A DNA stretch of 64,000 bases from the human T2T-CHM13v2.0 reference genome, Homo sapiens. Position numbers and translations under genes: made by a program. The stretch's first letter is position 1. Every line of letters starts with the position of its first letter. Location: NCBI RefSeq assembly GCF_009914755.1, contig NC_060926.1; one strand, given 5' to 3'. Shown in pieces: positions 26,546 through 40,650 of this stretch. Below the pieces are notes generated by a model, which did no database searches, was not told the DNA's origin, and saw nothing but the letters and a program-made list of their open reading frames with translations.

Positions 26546-28251
26546 ATCTATGGAGATACTAAAGCTTTCCTAGGACTGGCAAAAAGGAAAATCTTCAACA
26601 CAGCTAATACCCGATTTGCAGATCAACTTCGTGTTATTGTCACTCATAAATGCCCTAGCTGATTTGCATAGCAAAAATAAGATTTCACTGAATGCCACAC
26701 TCAAATCACTTTGCTCAGAATTACTCAGCAGAGGGCTGGATTTGTAAATGTGTTTAGTTTGGAAGTTCCTGACTTCACAAAAGTTACTTTCAGTTACTAG
26801 GAATTTTCCAGTACATTTTCTTTGGCTTTATAAAAAAAGATCTGATCCAATCATGATTTTTCTCTCTAGAATTTCTACATTTAGCTTCAGGATTTATCAA
26901 TGACATTTTTTCAAAGCAAAAAAAATCTCTTCAGCCAACAGTATATCTGTTTCAGAAGGGAAAGTTGGATTTTTTTTTTCCCCCTTTTTGAAGCCGTTGG
27001 TGCATCTGGGAGAGCTCGCAGTCTTACCAAAAGCTTCTCTGTGGTGGCTTTGGGGAGAACAGCAAATTTGGAATCTCACTTGCCAGTGGTATAGGCATCA
27101 GAGTTCTTAGTGGACTTTTGCCAAAGGCCATTAATAAAATACAGTCCAAATGTCCTAATTAGCATGCCCTCGAGTGTGGCCACGTGTAGAACTTGGACTG
27201 GCTCTTGGCCACGAGCTGCTGTCGCAAAGCTCAGATCCCTGCTTCAAGCAGGCTATGTCACAGAGAATCCACTGCAGAGAGCCTTCTGGAGATCGGGGCA
27301 ATGTGCGGAAGGGCACGTCCCTGCCAGCCACCCGTACTCTGGCCAGGACCCGGAGCTGGGCACTGGCCGCACCCGGCTGAGAGGTGATGTCAGATGTTCC
27401 TGTCGGGATCTGGCTTCTGGCTAGCAGCAACTCCCGTGTAATGGAAGAGTGGCTTCCCTGCTAAGCTTCAACCCTGAAGCCAATTAACGACTCAAATCCT
27501 TCAGGAAGCACTGCTTGGGTTTTACCAGAGACATAAAGGTCTTATCCCATTAATTGGTGCTTAAATAAAAAGAATAAATACTGCAGAATCTAACCTAGAG
27601 TTGGTCCCTACCTTTCCCTACCCTGAATGTACTATGACCCTAGAAAACACTTATTTTATAAGTAGTTTTTTAAAATAAAAATAAATACCCTGAAAACTAC
27701 TCCAGGATAGATTTCTGCATAATGGAATTGTAAAGAAAAGAATAATGATTACTCCCTGTTTTTAGAAAACTAGATTTTTGTAGTTGAACTTCCTTTGCTA
27801 CTGAAATAGTGGACAGAGTGTCCAAAGATAAATTTACCCAAAGATAAAATTTTGCATCCTTACATGAGATGACCCTGGGACACCCAGCAGTGCTAGGTAT
27901 TTACATAAGCTGGACCAGATGGATAACTCAATGTACTCCAAACAATACGCCTCTGAGAGCTGGTTTCCTTAACATCGGTTCAGATGGGAATAGCCCTGTA
28001 TGCACAAAGGGTGGTAGGATTTTTTTCACAGTCCCTCTGTCCTGATATCCAAAATCTGATGTTATTTTCTAACATTTTAGGTTTTGTTCAACCTAGAACC
28101 ATTATTGATCCCTGCATCCTTGGCACCCGGCACAGAGACTGTTGCTTAGTGGATGAACAACAAATTTTTGCCAAGTGAGTGGTGATCACCATCCCTGAGC
28201 TCCCTTAGATATTCTTAGATATTTGTTCAGTAAAATCTGCTTTGAGGCCAC

Positions 28252-28617
28252 TGATATAGTTTGGCTGTGTCCCCAGCCAAATCTCATCTTGAATTGTATC
28301 TCCCATTATTCCCGTTGTTGTAGGAGGGACCTGGTGGGAGATAATTGAATCATGGTGGTGGTTCTCCCATACTGTTCTTGTGGTTGTGAATAAGTCTCAA
28401 CCTGACGGTTTTATAAGGAGAAACCCCTTTTGCTTGGCTCTCATTCCTTTTGCCTGCTGCCATCCATGTAAGATGTGACTTGCTCTTCCTTGCCTTTTGC
28501 CATGATTGTGAGGCTTCTCAGCCATATGGAACTGAAAATCCAATTAAACCTCTTTCTTTTGTAAATTGCCCAGTCTCTGGTATGTCTTTATCAGCAGTGT
28601 GAGAACAGACTAATACA
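28252..28617 (+). mobile_element. THE1 (THE1A/B-like) solo LTR
   Basis: tgatatagtttggctgtgtcccc...acagactaataca; TSD gccac / gccat. Confidence 0.93.
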
Positions 28618-29622
28618 GCCATGGTGAGGGTCATTGCCAAAGGCAACTTTCCTGAGAGCCTATCATAAGCTGACACAGCTACAGTTGTGGTGTCTCTTGA
28701 GTAGCCTGCCCTTTACAAGGACATAGTCTGTCCCTAAAAAAATTATCTGGTGGTGTTCACTTCTGAACAATACCCCAAGAACATATTGCTTGGTGCCCAC
28801 TCTCCTATTTCGTCCCTCCAACCTCTGCTCCACCCTCCCCAGCCCACAATCAGCTGGAGGTGTCTCCTGCCAGAGGCTCAGCACTCCCTTCCTGAACAGG
28901 CACCACTCTCCAAGGCTGACAGCCTCCCCTCAGCCAGGGTGGGTTCTGCCCCATGCAGCTGAGAGTCCAGCAGGGAAGACGAAAGTCACCAAGTAGAGCA
29001 AACAAAGCTCAATGCAAGAGGACCAGTAGCCGCTGCTCCCCAAGTCTCCCCAGATACTCTGGACTGTTCCTCAAGGATCCCACACTTGAGCTCTAAGTCC
29101 TCGGGTTCTCATCTGGGTCTCCCCAACACAAACACCCAAGGCTCGTGCTTTTTGTTCTAAAATCCTGTGCCACGCACACTCCCAATGACGAGTGCTTCAA
29201 TAGTGTTGAGGAAATGTTGTGGGGTATTTTCCCATCAGTAGCATTTTTAATAAAAATATTCTAAAAGCTAACTGAAGCCGGGATTGGCCCATGGGCTTGG
29301 GACAATCCCCCACCCATTCTGACAAGGGAGCCCAGTAATTCTATGTGCAGAGTCCTCCTCCCAGGAAAGCCCCAAGTACTCGATTCTTTATCAGGAGGTG
29401 TCACAAAATGTCACTTAGAGCTAGAGGAACTTGCTCTGTCTCCAAAACTATGTTCATTACTTCCTCTGAACCACCCACCCTGGGGAGCTCAGGTCGGTTT
29501 CCCTGTTTCTTTGCAGGCTGTCTGGGCAAGCTTGGTTCCTCTTATCAGCACGGTGACCTTGCCCGCCCATCAGAGAAAACATGGATCACAGTTGGGTTTC
29601 CATAATTTTTACCCTATCATAA

Positions 29623-30095
29623 TATAAACGAACTCAGGTCTAGGACACTTGATGCCTGAAAGCCAAAAACTCAAGAGAGGAGCTTTGGTGAAAGGAAAGT
29701 TAGCTTCATTCCAGAAGCTGGCAATGCAGGGGAGGCCGTGAACTAGCATTCAAAGACCACCTCTCTGAGATATGCCTCTGGATCAGGGATTTTTAAGGGA
29801 AAATTAAGGGAAACATCATCAAAACATTATCGTGAAACGTATGCAGTCTCAGGTGGGAAGTTAATCATTGCTTTCTTGGTCAATGTTTTGAGATCTTCCG
29901 CAGGGGCCACCAGCCTATTCTTATCAGGTGCGTCAGCCGATGCCCAGAGCCATTGGTCTGGTATTTTCTTTTATCTCTTTTGAAGGCCCTGTTTTCCCGA
30001 GGCTGTTTTCAGTGAATAATCTACACACCCAAACAAAGCAATAATTATATTCAAGCAAGCAGGTTTTTCTCTAACATGGACTAAGTCCCATTGCA
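29623..30095 (-). mobile_element. ERV1-class solo LTR, subfamily unassigned
   Basis: gaactcaggtc...gaaagccaaaaactcaagag...tggtgaaaggaaagttagcttcattc is typical of the reverse 3' end of MER66/MER67-like LTRs; ends ...cattgca. Confidence 0.6.
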
Positions 30096-30134
30096 AGAGG
30101 GCTGCCTGCCTCTAGAGCTGAAGCTCCTATAAAA

Positions 30135-30350
30135 AGCAGCATGGCGTGGTAGTGACAACACCAGCTTCAGCTGCAGCAAATCTGGTTTCCAGTTCTGCTG
30201 CAACAAGTAGCGCCTATGACTTTTGCCTGGTGACTTCACCCTTCCAAGCCCTATCAGAAAGTACACTGAAAATTATTACAACAAATGAGGATTAAGGACA
30301 GTACCATGTGAGTCTAGAATATAATTAGCACTCAACACATAGGAACCATA
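30135..30350 (+). mobile_element. MIR
   Basis: gcagcatggcgtggtagtga...tctggtttccagttctg...gaggattaagg. Confidence 0.6.
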
Positions 30351-30494
30351 TCTTGAAGCTGGTGAAGTCTTATTTTCATCTCTGTTTTCATAATTTAAAA
30401 GGCTTTGTTGGTTGTTGAAATAATTTGGTATGATAACTCATGGGCGTGTTTGTAGTGAGAAAAACATGAGTTTTTGGCATCAAACGGAACACTC

Positions 30495-31030
30495 CTGGGT
30501 TTGTATTAATCTGGCAAGAGCTAGGCTGTGTTTAACGGGTGCTGCAGATACTGGTGCCTGAAGCTTTTTCCCTGGTGTCCTTATTCGTGTCTTCCCCCTT
30601 GGCTTTGGGCCTTCCCTCTGTGTTGCTCCCCAAAGAGAGTCTGTGTCTTACAGATCCTTCCTTTTAACCCACTTTATGATGCTGGATGCCACTGGAGTGG
30701 CAGTCTGGGCACATTCTACCATCTCAGGAAGCCTCAGCCTTTGGGCAGGACTGTGTCTGGGGCTGGTAGTGTTTCTTTCCCTCCCCCAGGGTATAAATGT
30801 TTTTCCTTCCCCTAGGCCTCTCCTCAGCTGTGATGGTCCCAGTCTATTTTTTCAGAGCCATGCCCCCTTGTTGATGAGGTTTGTTAGTGTGGGGTTTTGT
30901 TAATTTTTTAATTAATTTATTTTTTGAACTGACGCATTGTAATTGTACTGTTCGTATTTTGTTCTTAGGCAAATCCAGGAAACCTGGAAAGAGCTTCAAT
31001 CTGTGGCAGTTTCCCCACTTGGCCTGACCA
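30495..31030 (-). mobile_element. Old L1M 5'-region fragment
   Basis: attaatctggcaagagctaggctgtgtttaa...ctttgggccttccct...gagagtctgtgtcttacag. Confidence 0.55.
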
Positions 31031-31084
31031 GAGGTGACACATCTCACACAGCCCTAGCCCCACTCTCTTGCGAGGCAGCACACT

Positions 31085-31460
31085 GCAGTGGTTCCCCCAG
31101 GCCAAGGAATTCTCAACTCTGCCTGTTCAGCAGCCTCCCCAGAGTGCTGGAGGATGAATACCAGGGCCCAGCCCCGACCCTAGTCTCTAAAGCCATCCAT
31201 CTTTGGTGGAGTCCTGACACCAGTATTTTTTAAAATCTCCCCAGGAGCTTCTTCAGTGAAGCTTGGTTTTAGAATCTTTGGTCTAATGCCTTGTTCCTCA
31301 TGGTGTGGTCAGCAGACCCACAGCACTGGCAGCAGCCGGGGGCTGTCAGTCACACTGAGTGTCTTGCCCACGCCAACCCTGCCAAGTCCAAACCTGCATT
31401 GTAACCTGATGCCTAGGGGAATAGATCCACCGAGAGGTGTGAAGAGCCCAAGCTGCTCAG
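31085..31460. mobile_element. Two MER5A-like fragments
   Basis: cagtggttcccc...cagtattttttaaaatctccccagg; gtgtggtcagcagacccacagcactggcagc...aacctgcattgtaac. Confidence 0.55.
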
Positions 31461-31466
31461 CGCCAT

Positions 31467-31871
31467 TGTAAGGGCTGCCTAACGAAGCATCATAAGCCTG
31501 TGGCTTACACAAGAGAAATGTGTCATCATGCAGCCTTGAAGGCCAGCTGCCGGGGAGCCAGGTGTTAGCAGGCCAGTTCCTTCTGAGGGCTGGGAGGGAG
31601 AAGGCTTCCAGGCCTGTCTCCCTGGCTGGCAGGTGGTCCTCTTCTCCCTGCGTCTCTTCAACTCGTCTTCCCTCTATGCATCCGTCTCTGCATCCAAATT
31701 TCCACTTTTAATAAAGATATGGGTCATGCTGGATCAAAGCTCGCCCTAAAGGACTCATTTTAACTTGATCGCCCTATAAACATCCTATCTCCAAACACAG
31801 TCACATTCTAAGCTCCTGGAGGTGAGGACTCCTACATATAAATTCAGGAGGACACCATTCAGCCTGTGACA
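31467..31871 (-). mobile_element. MLT1B/C MaLR solo LTR
   Basis: agggctgcctaac...gtggcttacacaagagaaatg...ctcattttaacttgat...ctatctccaaacacagtcacattct...attcagcctgtgaca. Confidence 0.85.
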
Positions 31872-32024
31872 CACATTCTAAGCCTGATTGGAACCTGATT
31901 TTACCTCCACCCCCCACCCCCAGGCCTGGGCATGGTATCAGGGCACAGAGCTTCCTGCCACCCCTGGAATCACAGTGGTTTCTCACTACCCTTTCTTTGC
32001 CCACATGGTTTCTTCCCTAGCCTA

Positions 32025-32780
32025 TGAGGACTAAGCTCTGATTTTTTTTATTTTGCCCAAATTCCTATTTAAGGAGTCTGGGGAGTCATGCCCTACAAAC
32101 CATACATTCTCATCAGATGAGTTTTATTTGACCCTATATATTGTGACTTACTTTCCAACGTGACTCTGGTATAACATTAAAAGACAAGGAAGAAAATCAA
32201 AATATTTTACCCCAAAACATGTTTATTTGCTGTATCTTGAAATGGCCCTGCAAAGCTGTCCTTTGTGGGGGAAAATCTGCATCTGCAAAGAATCTCTGCT
32301 AACATAGCTAGATCTTTATCTTCCAGGCCCTCCCACTCCTCAAGAGATTAACTAAGAGTCTAGCACCTTTTATAGATCTGAATAGGAAACATTTGTCATC
32401 TGTTGTCTCTAGGGCAGCCACTACAAGACTTCAAAGGAACTTTTGTCTCCACAATCTTTTATCTTAACCTTTCTATCAATCCCAGGTCTTTAGACAAACT
32501 CAACCAATTGTCAACCAGAAAATGTTTAAATTTACCAATAGCCTGGAAGCCCCCACTTTGAGTTATCCCACCTTTCTGGACCAAACCAATGTATTTCTTA
32601 AATGTATTTGATTGATGTCTCATGCCTCCCTCAAATGTATAAAACCAAACTGTACCCGACCACCTTGGACACTTGTTCTCAGGGCCTCCTGAGGGCTGTG
32701 GCATGGGCCATGGTCATTCATATTTGGCTGAGAATAAATCTCTTCAAATATTTTACAGAGTTTGACTCTTTTCATGGATA
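32025..32780 (+). mobile_element. MER4E-like ERV1 solo LTR
   Basis: tgaggactaagctctgatttttt...ggggagtcatgccctacaaacc...aataaatctcttcaaatattttacagagtttgactctttt; TSD ccta / cctg. Confidence 0.9.
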
Positions 32781-33776
32781 CCTGGCCTCCTGAGGAGTGC
32801 ACTTCCTCCTTTGAGAAAACTTAGATCAGGGTCCCTGCTCTCTGACAGCTTTCCTCACTTCCAGCCCCTCACTTTCTCCTGGCTCTGGAATCTCTGCAGG
32901 AATCTTCTCTGAGCTTGGCTTCCTGGAGCTGTGCCTCCCACTAGGTATCTAGCAGGCCAAGGGCAGGGCAGGGTCTCAGCTCACTTTACGTCCCTCTGGC
33001 CTGGCACCTGGTGGACGTGCCTTCATAAGCAAGGTTGGTTGTAAAAATGAATGGAACACCATAGGAATCCAAACTTAAAATGAACACCAGGAATGGCCCT
33101 AATTTTTACACCAGTTGCTGAAGAGCAGGCCGAGAGAGAGCTGTCCAGCGTAGAGACACGGAGGCTTCTTCAAGGGCTTTCACTCTGCTACTCAGCCCCT
33201 TGTCTTGGGAATTACTGTAAGAGGCTGGGACCTGATGGGGCCCCCACCTTCCCCCTAGCTTCTCTTCACGTACCTGCATCTCACCTGCCCTGTTCATTTT
33301 CCCAAGAAATCCTGAGGGCAGTGCTGAGGCTGTCATTCAACTCCCCACTTAAGTTTAAGAAATGGCTCCAAAGCACTCGTGAAACTCCTTGATATTACGG
33401 GGGCTGCAGAAATGATGACCGTGTCCTGAGAAAGGCAGGATCCTTGTTCACACTCCTCCAGCCCCATTGGGGCCCAGTCCCAGCCCAAGCCCATGTTCAT
33501 CTGGTGTGGCTGCTTCTTCCAGAGACCAGGCATTTTTGCAGGTTTGTCCCATTGAAGTTCACAGGCACAGGGGCAGTGGTTTCCCTTGGCCTCTATTGTG
33601 AGTCATCCTGAATGCTTTGTTTTAATGCAAAAGCCTAGATGTTTTCACATTCCAACTCTAATCCCAAACAAGTTATTTGTTATTGTATTTGATTTCTTAT
33701 CTTCTCCCCTTCACATAACTGACCAACTGACTGACAAATATGGAGTTTGTTGATTTCCTGTAACAGATGCATTCTT

Positions 33777-34077
<301 letters not shown>

Positions 34078-34691
34078 AACAGATGTATTCTTAGAAGTTA
34101 TTGTAACTGCAAAATTAGTTCAAAGGGAAAAACTGAAGTGAGTGTGGAATGAGTTAGGTGGCTGGGTCCATGTCAAGGCAAATAAACACAGAGTCACAGC
34201 CAAGGCAATTATAATTATAATCTGGCCATAATCCTATCAGCAGAGGGTACACGATCTACTGCAAATTTGCTCTGAGGTGTGCGGTTGTCCTCCACTCTCC
34301 CTTTCTTCCTCAAAGGTAATACATAGCCCAGTGCAAATACAGACTTCTTCTTTCCCCTGAGAGTTGGTTATTCATTTCTCACAATATTCTGGGGGAAAAA
34401 ATTAGCATGCTAGGTGAATTCATGCATGATCCATTCTTAAAAAGCACTAGGATATAAAAATTACGTTCTCTTGACCTCGGTCTTTTTTTTAGGATAGGGC
34501 TCTCTTTCTAAATCCATCTTCCTATGCCTTCTCTCCCTCTTTCTCTTCCTTTTTCCAGCTGATATCACATAATGGACTATGCACTTTAGATCTGAAAATA
34601 GGTGAAAAGCTTGAGCCCAAAAAAGCTGGTGGCATTTATGAATACGTATCAAAGTCCATTCTCTAATACCATCAAATAGAACATGCATTTG

Positions 34692-35007
34692 GGCCAGGAG
34701 CGGTGGCTTATGCCTATAATCCCAGCACTTTGGGAGGCCGAGGCGGGCAGATCACCTGAGGTCGTGAGTTTGAGACCAGCCTGCCCAACGTGGAGAAACC
34801 CCATCTCTACTAAAAGCACAAAATTAGCCAGACGTGGTGGCACATGCCTATAATCCCAGCTACTCGGGATGCTGAACCAGGAGAATCACTTGAATCCAGG
34901 AGGTGGAGGTCGCAGTGAGCTGAGATGCTGAGATCGCACCATTGCACCTCAGCCTGGGCAACAAGAGTGAAACAACGTCAAAAAAAAAAAAAAAAAAAAA
35001 AAAAAAA
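34692..35007 (+). mobile_element. AluS (Sp/Sq-like)
   Basis: tggagaaacccc and gggcaacaagagtgaaa diagnostics; long poly-A tail; internal gctgagat duplication. Confidence 0.96.
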
Positions 35008-35523
35008 CAGAAGGAAAGAGAAACAGGCAGTAGACTCTGAACCCATTTAAAAATAGATTTGCTCATTGCGCTATTATAAACTTAGAGAATTTTCTCCTGG
35101 ATCTACCTGTCATAAAGAGGGCTGTCGAAGGGGTCATTGTAAAGACAAATATTACTTTTTTCTTCCATGTCCAAGGAAATATATCTTTTGCTCAGGGGAA
35201 AAAGAAAGAAACAATGCTGCCTCTTTTGTATGGGGAAAAGGCAGCTCCTTATTTTTATGTTAAAGAGTTGTCAAGACACTTATATTTGTCATAGCATTAA
35301 AAGTTATTTTTTATTCTACTTAATTGTTCATTGAGATTTCAAAACCAAATCTGCCTTCTTGCCAAATATCTTTGTAATATGTACATTTCACACTGGCTTA
35401 TTATAATGGATTTTCTCATGGGATCTAGCATTCTGGCATCTGCTTTGTTATGATATTATAACAATAATTAACATTTAGCACTTACTGTATAGCCAGCCTT
35501 TGATCCATATTTTTAACAAAATG

Positions 35524-35960
35524 TAATAACAATTCTCTTTCACACAGCATCTTTCATCCCAGAGCCTCAAAGTGGCTGGCAGCATCGTATTATAGCCTGA
35601 GATAGTTGTATTCATTCCTGAAACCCTCCCAACGCCCCCATGGGGTCTATCCACAGCAGGCGTCTTCCTTAGGGGAAAAAAAGGGAAGAAAGGTCAAGTG
35701 AATTGCCAGGCAGCAAGACAACAGCAGCAGGGCCAGGAATAGAATCCAGCCCCGTTGCCTTCTTGGTCAGGGACTCCAAAGCTACAATAGCATCTATTTT
35801 TAAAATAAAAGAGATGGAGAGTGAGAAGCAAGATGCATCTGGTGTATTCTGACAGGGATTTGGATATGCCCTAAAAGTCATGCTATATCTTCTGAAATGA
35901 ACCCCTGGGAACAAAAGTCTGATGCGATGGTGAGGTGCCTTTTCAGCAAACAGCACCTAA
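35524..35960 (-). mobile_element. Probable AmnSINE1 (Deu-domain SINE) relic
   Basis: Ordered loose matches to the recalled reverse AmnSINE1 consensus: cagcatctttcatcccagagcctcaaagtg; ctgaaa...catggggtctatccacagcag; gggatttgg...atcttctgaaatgaacccctggga; aaacagcacct. Confidence 0.45.
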
Positions 35961-36619
35961 CTCCTCTCTGTAAGTACTTGAGTACATACTTGTGCCACAG
36001 GCTGGGTCCCTTTCCTCTAGAGAAGAGTTAGAAGGAGGTACACAAAGACTCCAAGAACTCTAACTCTGAATCTCTCTAATCAGGGCAATCAACAGACACC
36101 GTGAAGCATATCTCATACTCAGTACTCTGTTGAATAGGTGATCAATGTGAATCAATTTCACCCAAAGCTGCTGTTGGAATGGTTATCTTACATCTTCTGC
36201 TTTTCTCCTTTGGATCAAACCTCTTAACTCTTAGACATCCTCACAAGAAAAAGAAAGAATATCACCAGGTTAACATTTGGATCATTTGGAAGAATAATTG
36301 TCATGATTATGAACCAAAAGAAGCCCATTGTCACCTTAAATTCACAAGAATAAACATGGCCATTATAGGAAAATTAATCATCTATATATAGCTAATTAAT
36401 ATCTAATAGATATGAGCTTCACTCCAATTTACAGTATCTCAGGCAAGTGTAAAGGTGCAGATGTGGGTCAGAGACTGACATGAGAAAAACAACAACATAC
36501 TTGGTGCAAAGAAGATGCTCAAAGGATGCCTCTGGGGTGAATCACAGTGAGAGCCACAGCGTGAGGGAGAATGACCGAATGGCTTGCACATGAATGAAAG
36601 AACAGCGGTAACCACCATC

Positions 36620-36780
36620 ACTAAGCCACATCAACACAGCGCTTCCCAGTATGGGAGCCATTACTGTCTCCACCTAAAAGTGAAGACACTGAGGTTCACA
36701 TAGTTTAAGTAGATTTCCCCAAATTATGGAGCCAGTAAGGAATGGAAGCCATCTGACATACATGGATTTATACAGCTTCT
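36620..36780 (-). mobile_element. MIR fragment
   Basis: ccattactgtctccacctaaaagtgaagacactgaggttcacatagtttaagtagatttccccaa. Confidence 0.65.
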
Positions 36781-36825
36781 GGTAAAAACATCTGTAGCCT
36801 CCAAAAAGCAGTTTAGATATGATCA

Positions 36826-36989
36826 ATAATGATTATGGTGATGATGATCAGTTGTAGTAGTAGTAGCAATAGTAGTAGCAGTAGTGGTGGTAATAGTACT
36901 ACTAGTAGTAGCAGCAGGAGTCGTAATAGTACTAGCAGTTGTAGTAGTAGTAATAGTAGTACTAGTAGTAGTAGCAGTAGCATAGCAGT
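36826..36989. repeat. Degenerate (TAG/CAG/TGA)n trinucleotide low-complexity tract
   Basis: tagtagtagcaatagtagtagcagtagtggtggtaatagtactactagtagtagcagc...; produces the poly-Ser/poly-Leu ORFs in the track. Confidence 0.9.
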
Positions 36990-37140
36990 TAACATGTATT
37001 TAGTTTTATGTGCCAGCACTGTTCTAAACTCGCTTTAATCTATCAATTAGTTTCATGACAACCCTATGAGGCCTAATTATTATGCCCATTTAATGTCTGA
37101 AGAAACCAAGTCCTAGACGAATGCACCTAGTGAGTACTTT
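36985..37140 (-). mobile_element. MIR
   Basis: agttaacatgtatttag...tgtgccagcactgttctaa...acaaccctatgagg...attatgcccattt. Confidence 0.75.
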
Positions 37141-40100
37141 CTTTAACGTATCTTTTTGCATGAAACCATCTGCCAGCCCCCTTTCTTTCCTTTTCTCAAC
37201 AAGAGAGGGAAAGAGAAGACAATACCACTTTGTCTGATCGGATTCTGGAACAGTGGCAGCACTGAAGAACAAAAGCCTGTGTCCATTCTGGCCAGTTCTT
37301 GTTTGTCCTTTCCAAGTGCATGAACCACAAAATATATTATTCTCTGATCCTGCATGATGCCCTGATTTCCATTTCCACTGAAATAAGAACGAACAAAAAT
37401 GACTGATTCAGTAAAGCACATTCCAGGCCAGTGCATAATGAGAAAATCCAATTCAATTTTAAAATGAATGTAGCCCAGGTCTACAATTTTTACCAACACC
37501 ATATGCATCTTGCTGGGCCTTCCTCTTAGTAGATTCTCACTCCACATGTAAATAAAAATAATAGCACCCATCAGAGCAGATTTCTGAAAGGGAGACTTCC
37601 TCATAGCAAAACACACAGCAGAAAAATGTGTTTGGCTGGCCTCCAGTGCCCCAGAGTGGAAGTGCCAACTAGAAGCATCAGTCTAAGCCCCTTGGTGCAG
37701 TTAATATCCCAGCAAAGCCCACAGCCATTCCAAACTGAACATGAGAGACCACAGCATCAAGAAACCCAAGTAGAATTCCATTTCTTGTAACTTGGGGCAG
37801 TAAATGGAGCGAAGTTATAAATACTTTAATTTACAAAGAACTATCAAATGGGGCCTCGGCACATTGGTGCCAACTTGGGCTGCAGAACTGAATCTTGTTT
37901 CATCTTAAAAAGAGTGTTTTGCCATTTGAATAAATTCTGAAATGGTTCCAATGAGACTGATGTAAGTCATTATAACTGGTCCCCACGGGATGGCGTTCTC
38001 ATCGTCCTCTCCATCATCTCATTCCCTGCAATAGTGTTTTTGGAAAATGTCTTCATCCCATTGTCTTTCTAGAAAAGGAACTCTGATAATGAACAGTGCT
38101 TGATATGAAAAGCTTTACCATCAAAGCAATGGAGAAAATCATGGACTGTCTAAACAAGAAACAAATGCTCTTCACATGCCAATGTGGAAAGGCCCAGTCC
38201 TAGAGCACATTGATGATTAATTCCATCAGAAAGAAATGAAGCTTGCCGTAAAGTCATATGCTGGGATGTAGGTGGTGTCCTAGAACGGGGAGTCCTAGGC
38301 AAATGAAGCAGCTGAGCGTCATGCGTTCGCAGCTAAGATAACCACATGCCAGCTTCAGAAAGGTGCTAAGATTCTGTCTCCAAAACACACACCCGCTCTC
38401 GGCTTTCTACGTATTCAGCCAGCAGCACCTTCCCTTCCCTGGAGCCTTCCAGAGCTGCCTCTTACTGGGTTGTAGGAGTGAAGTGATCATATGCAGAGAG
38501 TACCCGAAATACTCACTGTGTTTCTCTGGCTGCTGAAAAATTCTAGGGAAAAATGCTCCGTCTGAAACATGTGTTGTTTGTGATTCCACTCTGCACCCTT
38601 CCACATTCAACTTCCTATGGGCACTAGGTAAAAACGGAGGTGGCAAATGCTAGTGAGCAGGAAGAAAACAAAAAAAGGAAGGAACGCTGCTCAGTGAGTC
38701 AGAAAGACAATAACCCACTTGGAAATCAACAATTCTCCTCCTGTCCCTGCTCGTATTCTAAATTAAAAAAAAAAAAATTCAGATTTTGATCTCAAGTTTG
38801 CAACATTATTTGTTCAGGTAAAATGTTGTTTAATCAAACTCGTTAAGAGCTAAGTGCTAGAATAAGGGTAAAATTTGTTCCATGGCGTGGGAAGCTGCAC
38901 TTGGTTTAAAATGTGCTAATCTGTAAGAAACTGGAATTTAGTATCTTTTATTATAGCTTCCTAATCCCCCTCTAATGCAGCTCACTGGCTCTGCCTACCA
39001 CTCTCTGCATGGAAGGAACACTCAGCAGCATGTAGACCTGCACCTGCTCTTAGAGAAACTCTTTTAGCAACCCAAGTTCACAAACTGCATCCATATTTGA
39101 GTAGCCACGATCTGAAAATTAGGAGGCAGAGGGGTAGATGGTTATTTTGATTAAAATTAAGCTGGGTCACGTCCGTGACTTGAGATTTGGAGAAAGATAA
39201 GGAATCGGGGCTTCCACTCTACCTGCCGGGCTGGTGGCAGGGTCAAAGAAGAAGGTGGTGAGATGGAATGAGAAAGGCCACGCCTCAACTTGCTCTTCAG
39301 CAAGGACCTATCAATATGAAAATTAATGTAATGTAATGGGCTGTTTCTTTTAATGCAGGGGAGAGAGAACCATGAGAGATTATTTTGCAGAATGATAAGG
39401 CTTCCCTATCTAGTTCATAACCCTGGAGAGATCCAGAAAAGTATGGATTTTGATTTGAACAATAATGAACTGGTAAATGATACAGCTTTCAGCCATATAA
39501 TGACTGGATTAATTTGCTGGCTCTGGAGTTAAACCCAAACAGAGGCCCCGAAGAGATAGGACTGTTATCTAAGCAACAATTAATATGCTGAAAATGCTAT
39601 TTAGAAATAGCCTCATAGTTCACTCTGCTATCATGGCCTAACTTTTATTGCTTGGCCATCTTTATAAATTGTCATAAAAATTTAATAAATGTGGTATAAT
39701 CTAAAGAAGAATAGGATTGTCATTTACAAGTAAGTGCCCGTTTCAATTGCAGTTTTAGATCTCAAACTTGAAAATCACATTTAAAAGGAGAAACTGTTCC
39801 TGTGTTCCAACCTACATTATTGCTCCAGTTTAGGAGAAATGCCTTTGCTGTGATAAAAAGATTGAATGTTTACCTCTGCTTGGCATTGTGTCAGCAGGGT
39901 AGACCTTTATCTGTTAATTTGCCAGTGAGATGTTTTTTGTTTTTTTTTCCAGTGGTGCTTTTTCATTCCCACAGTGAGAAAAACCTCTTTCAAGTTTAAG
40001 TTGAGTGTTGAAAGGCAGCAAAGGACACAATCGAACTTGGTGCATACTAAGAATGGATCACTCCATTTGCCAAGCTTAATACAGCCCGTGTAGGCAGCGC

Positions 40101-40257
40101 ATTTAGAGTTGTTTGGATTTTATGTAACTACTAGGAAAAAGACAACATGACCAGCACAAGGGGCTGCCTTATCAGCAGCTGAACTGCAGCCATATGGGGC
40201 GATTATTCTATACTGGATTGGGGGCATTTCCAGCACATTCTAAACGTATTGTGCTCA

Positions 40258-40650
<393 letters not shown>

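Noticed and set aside
36813-37038. Poly-Leu / poly-Ser ORFs resembling a signal peptide or membrane protein
   Set aside because: They are translations of a trinucleotide low-complexity tract next to a MIR.
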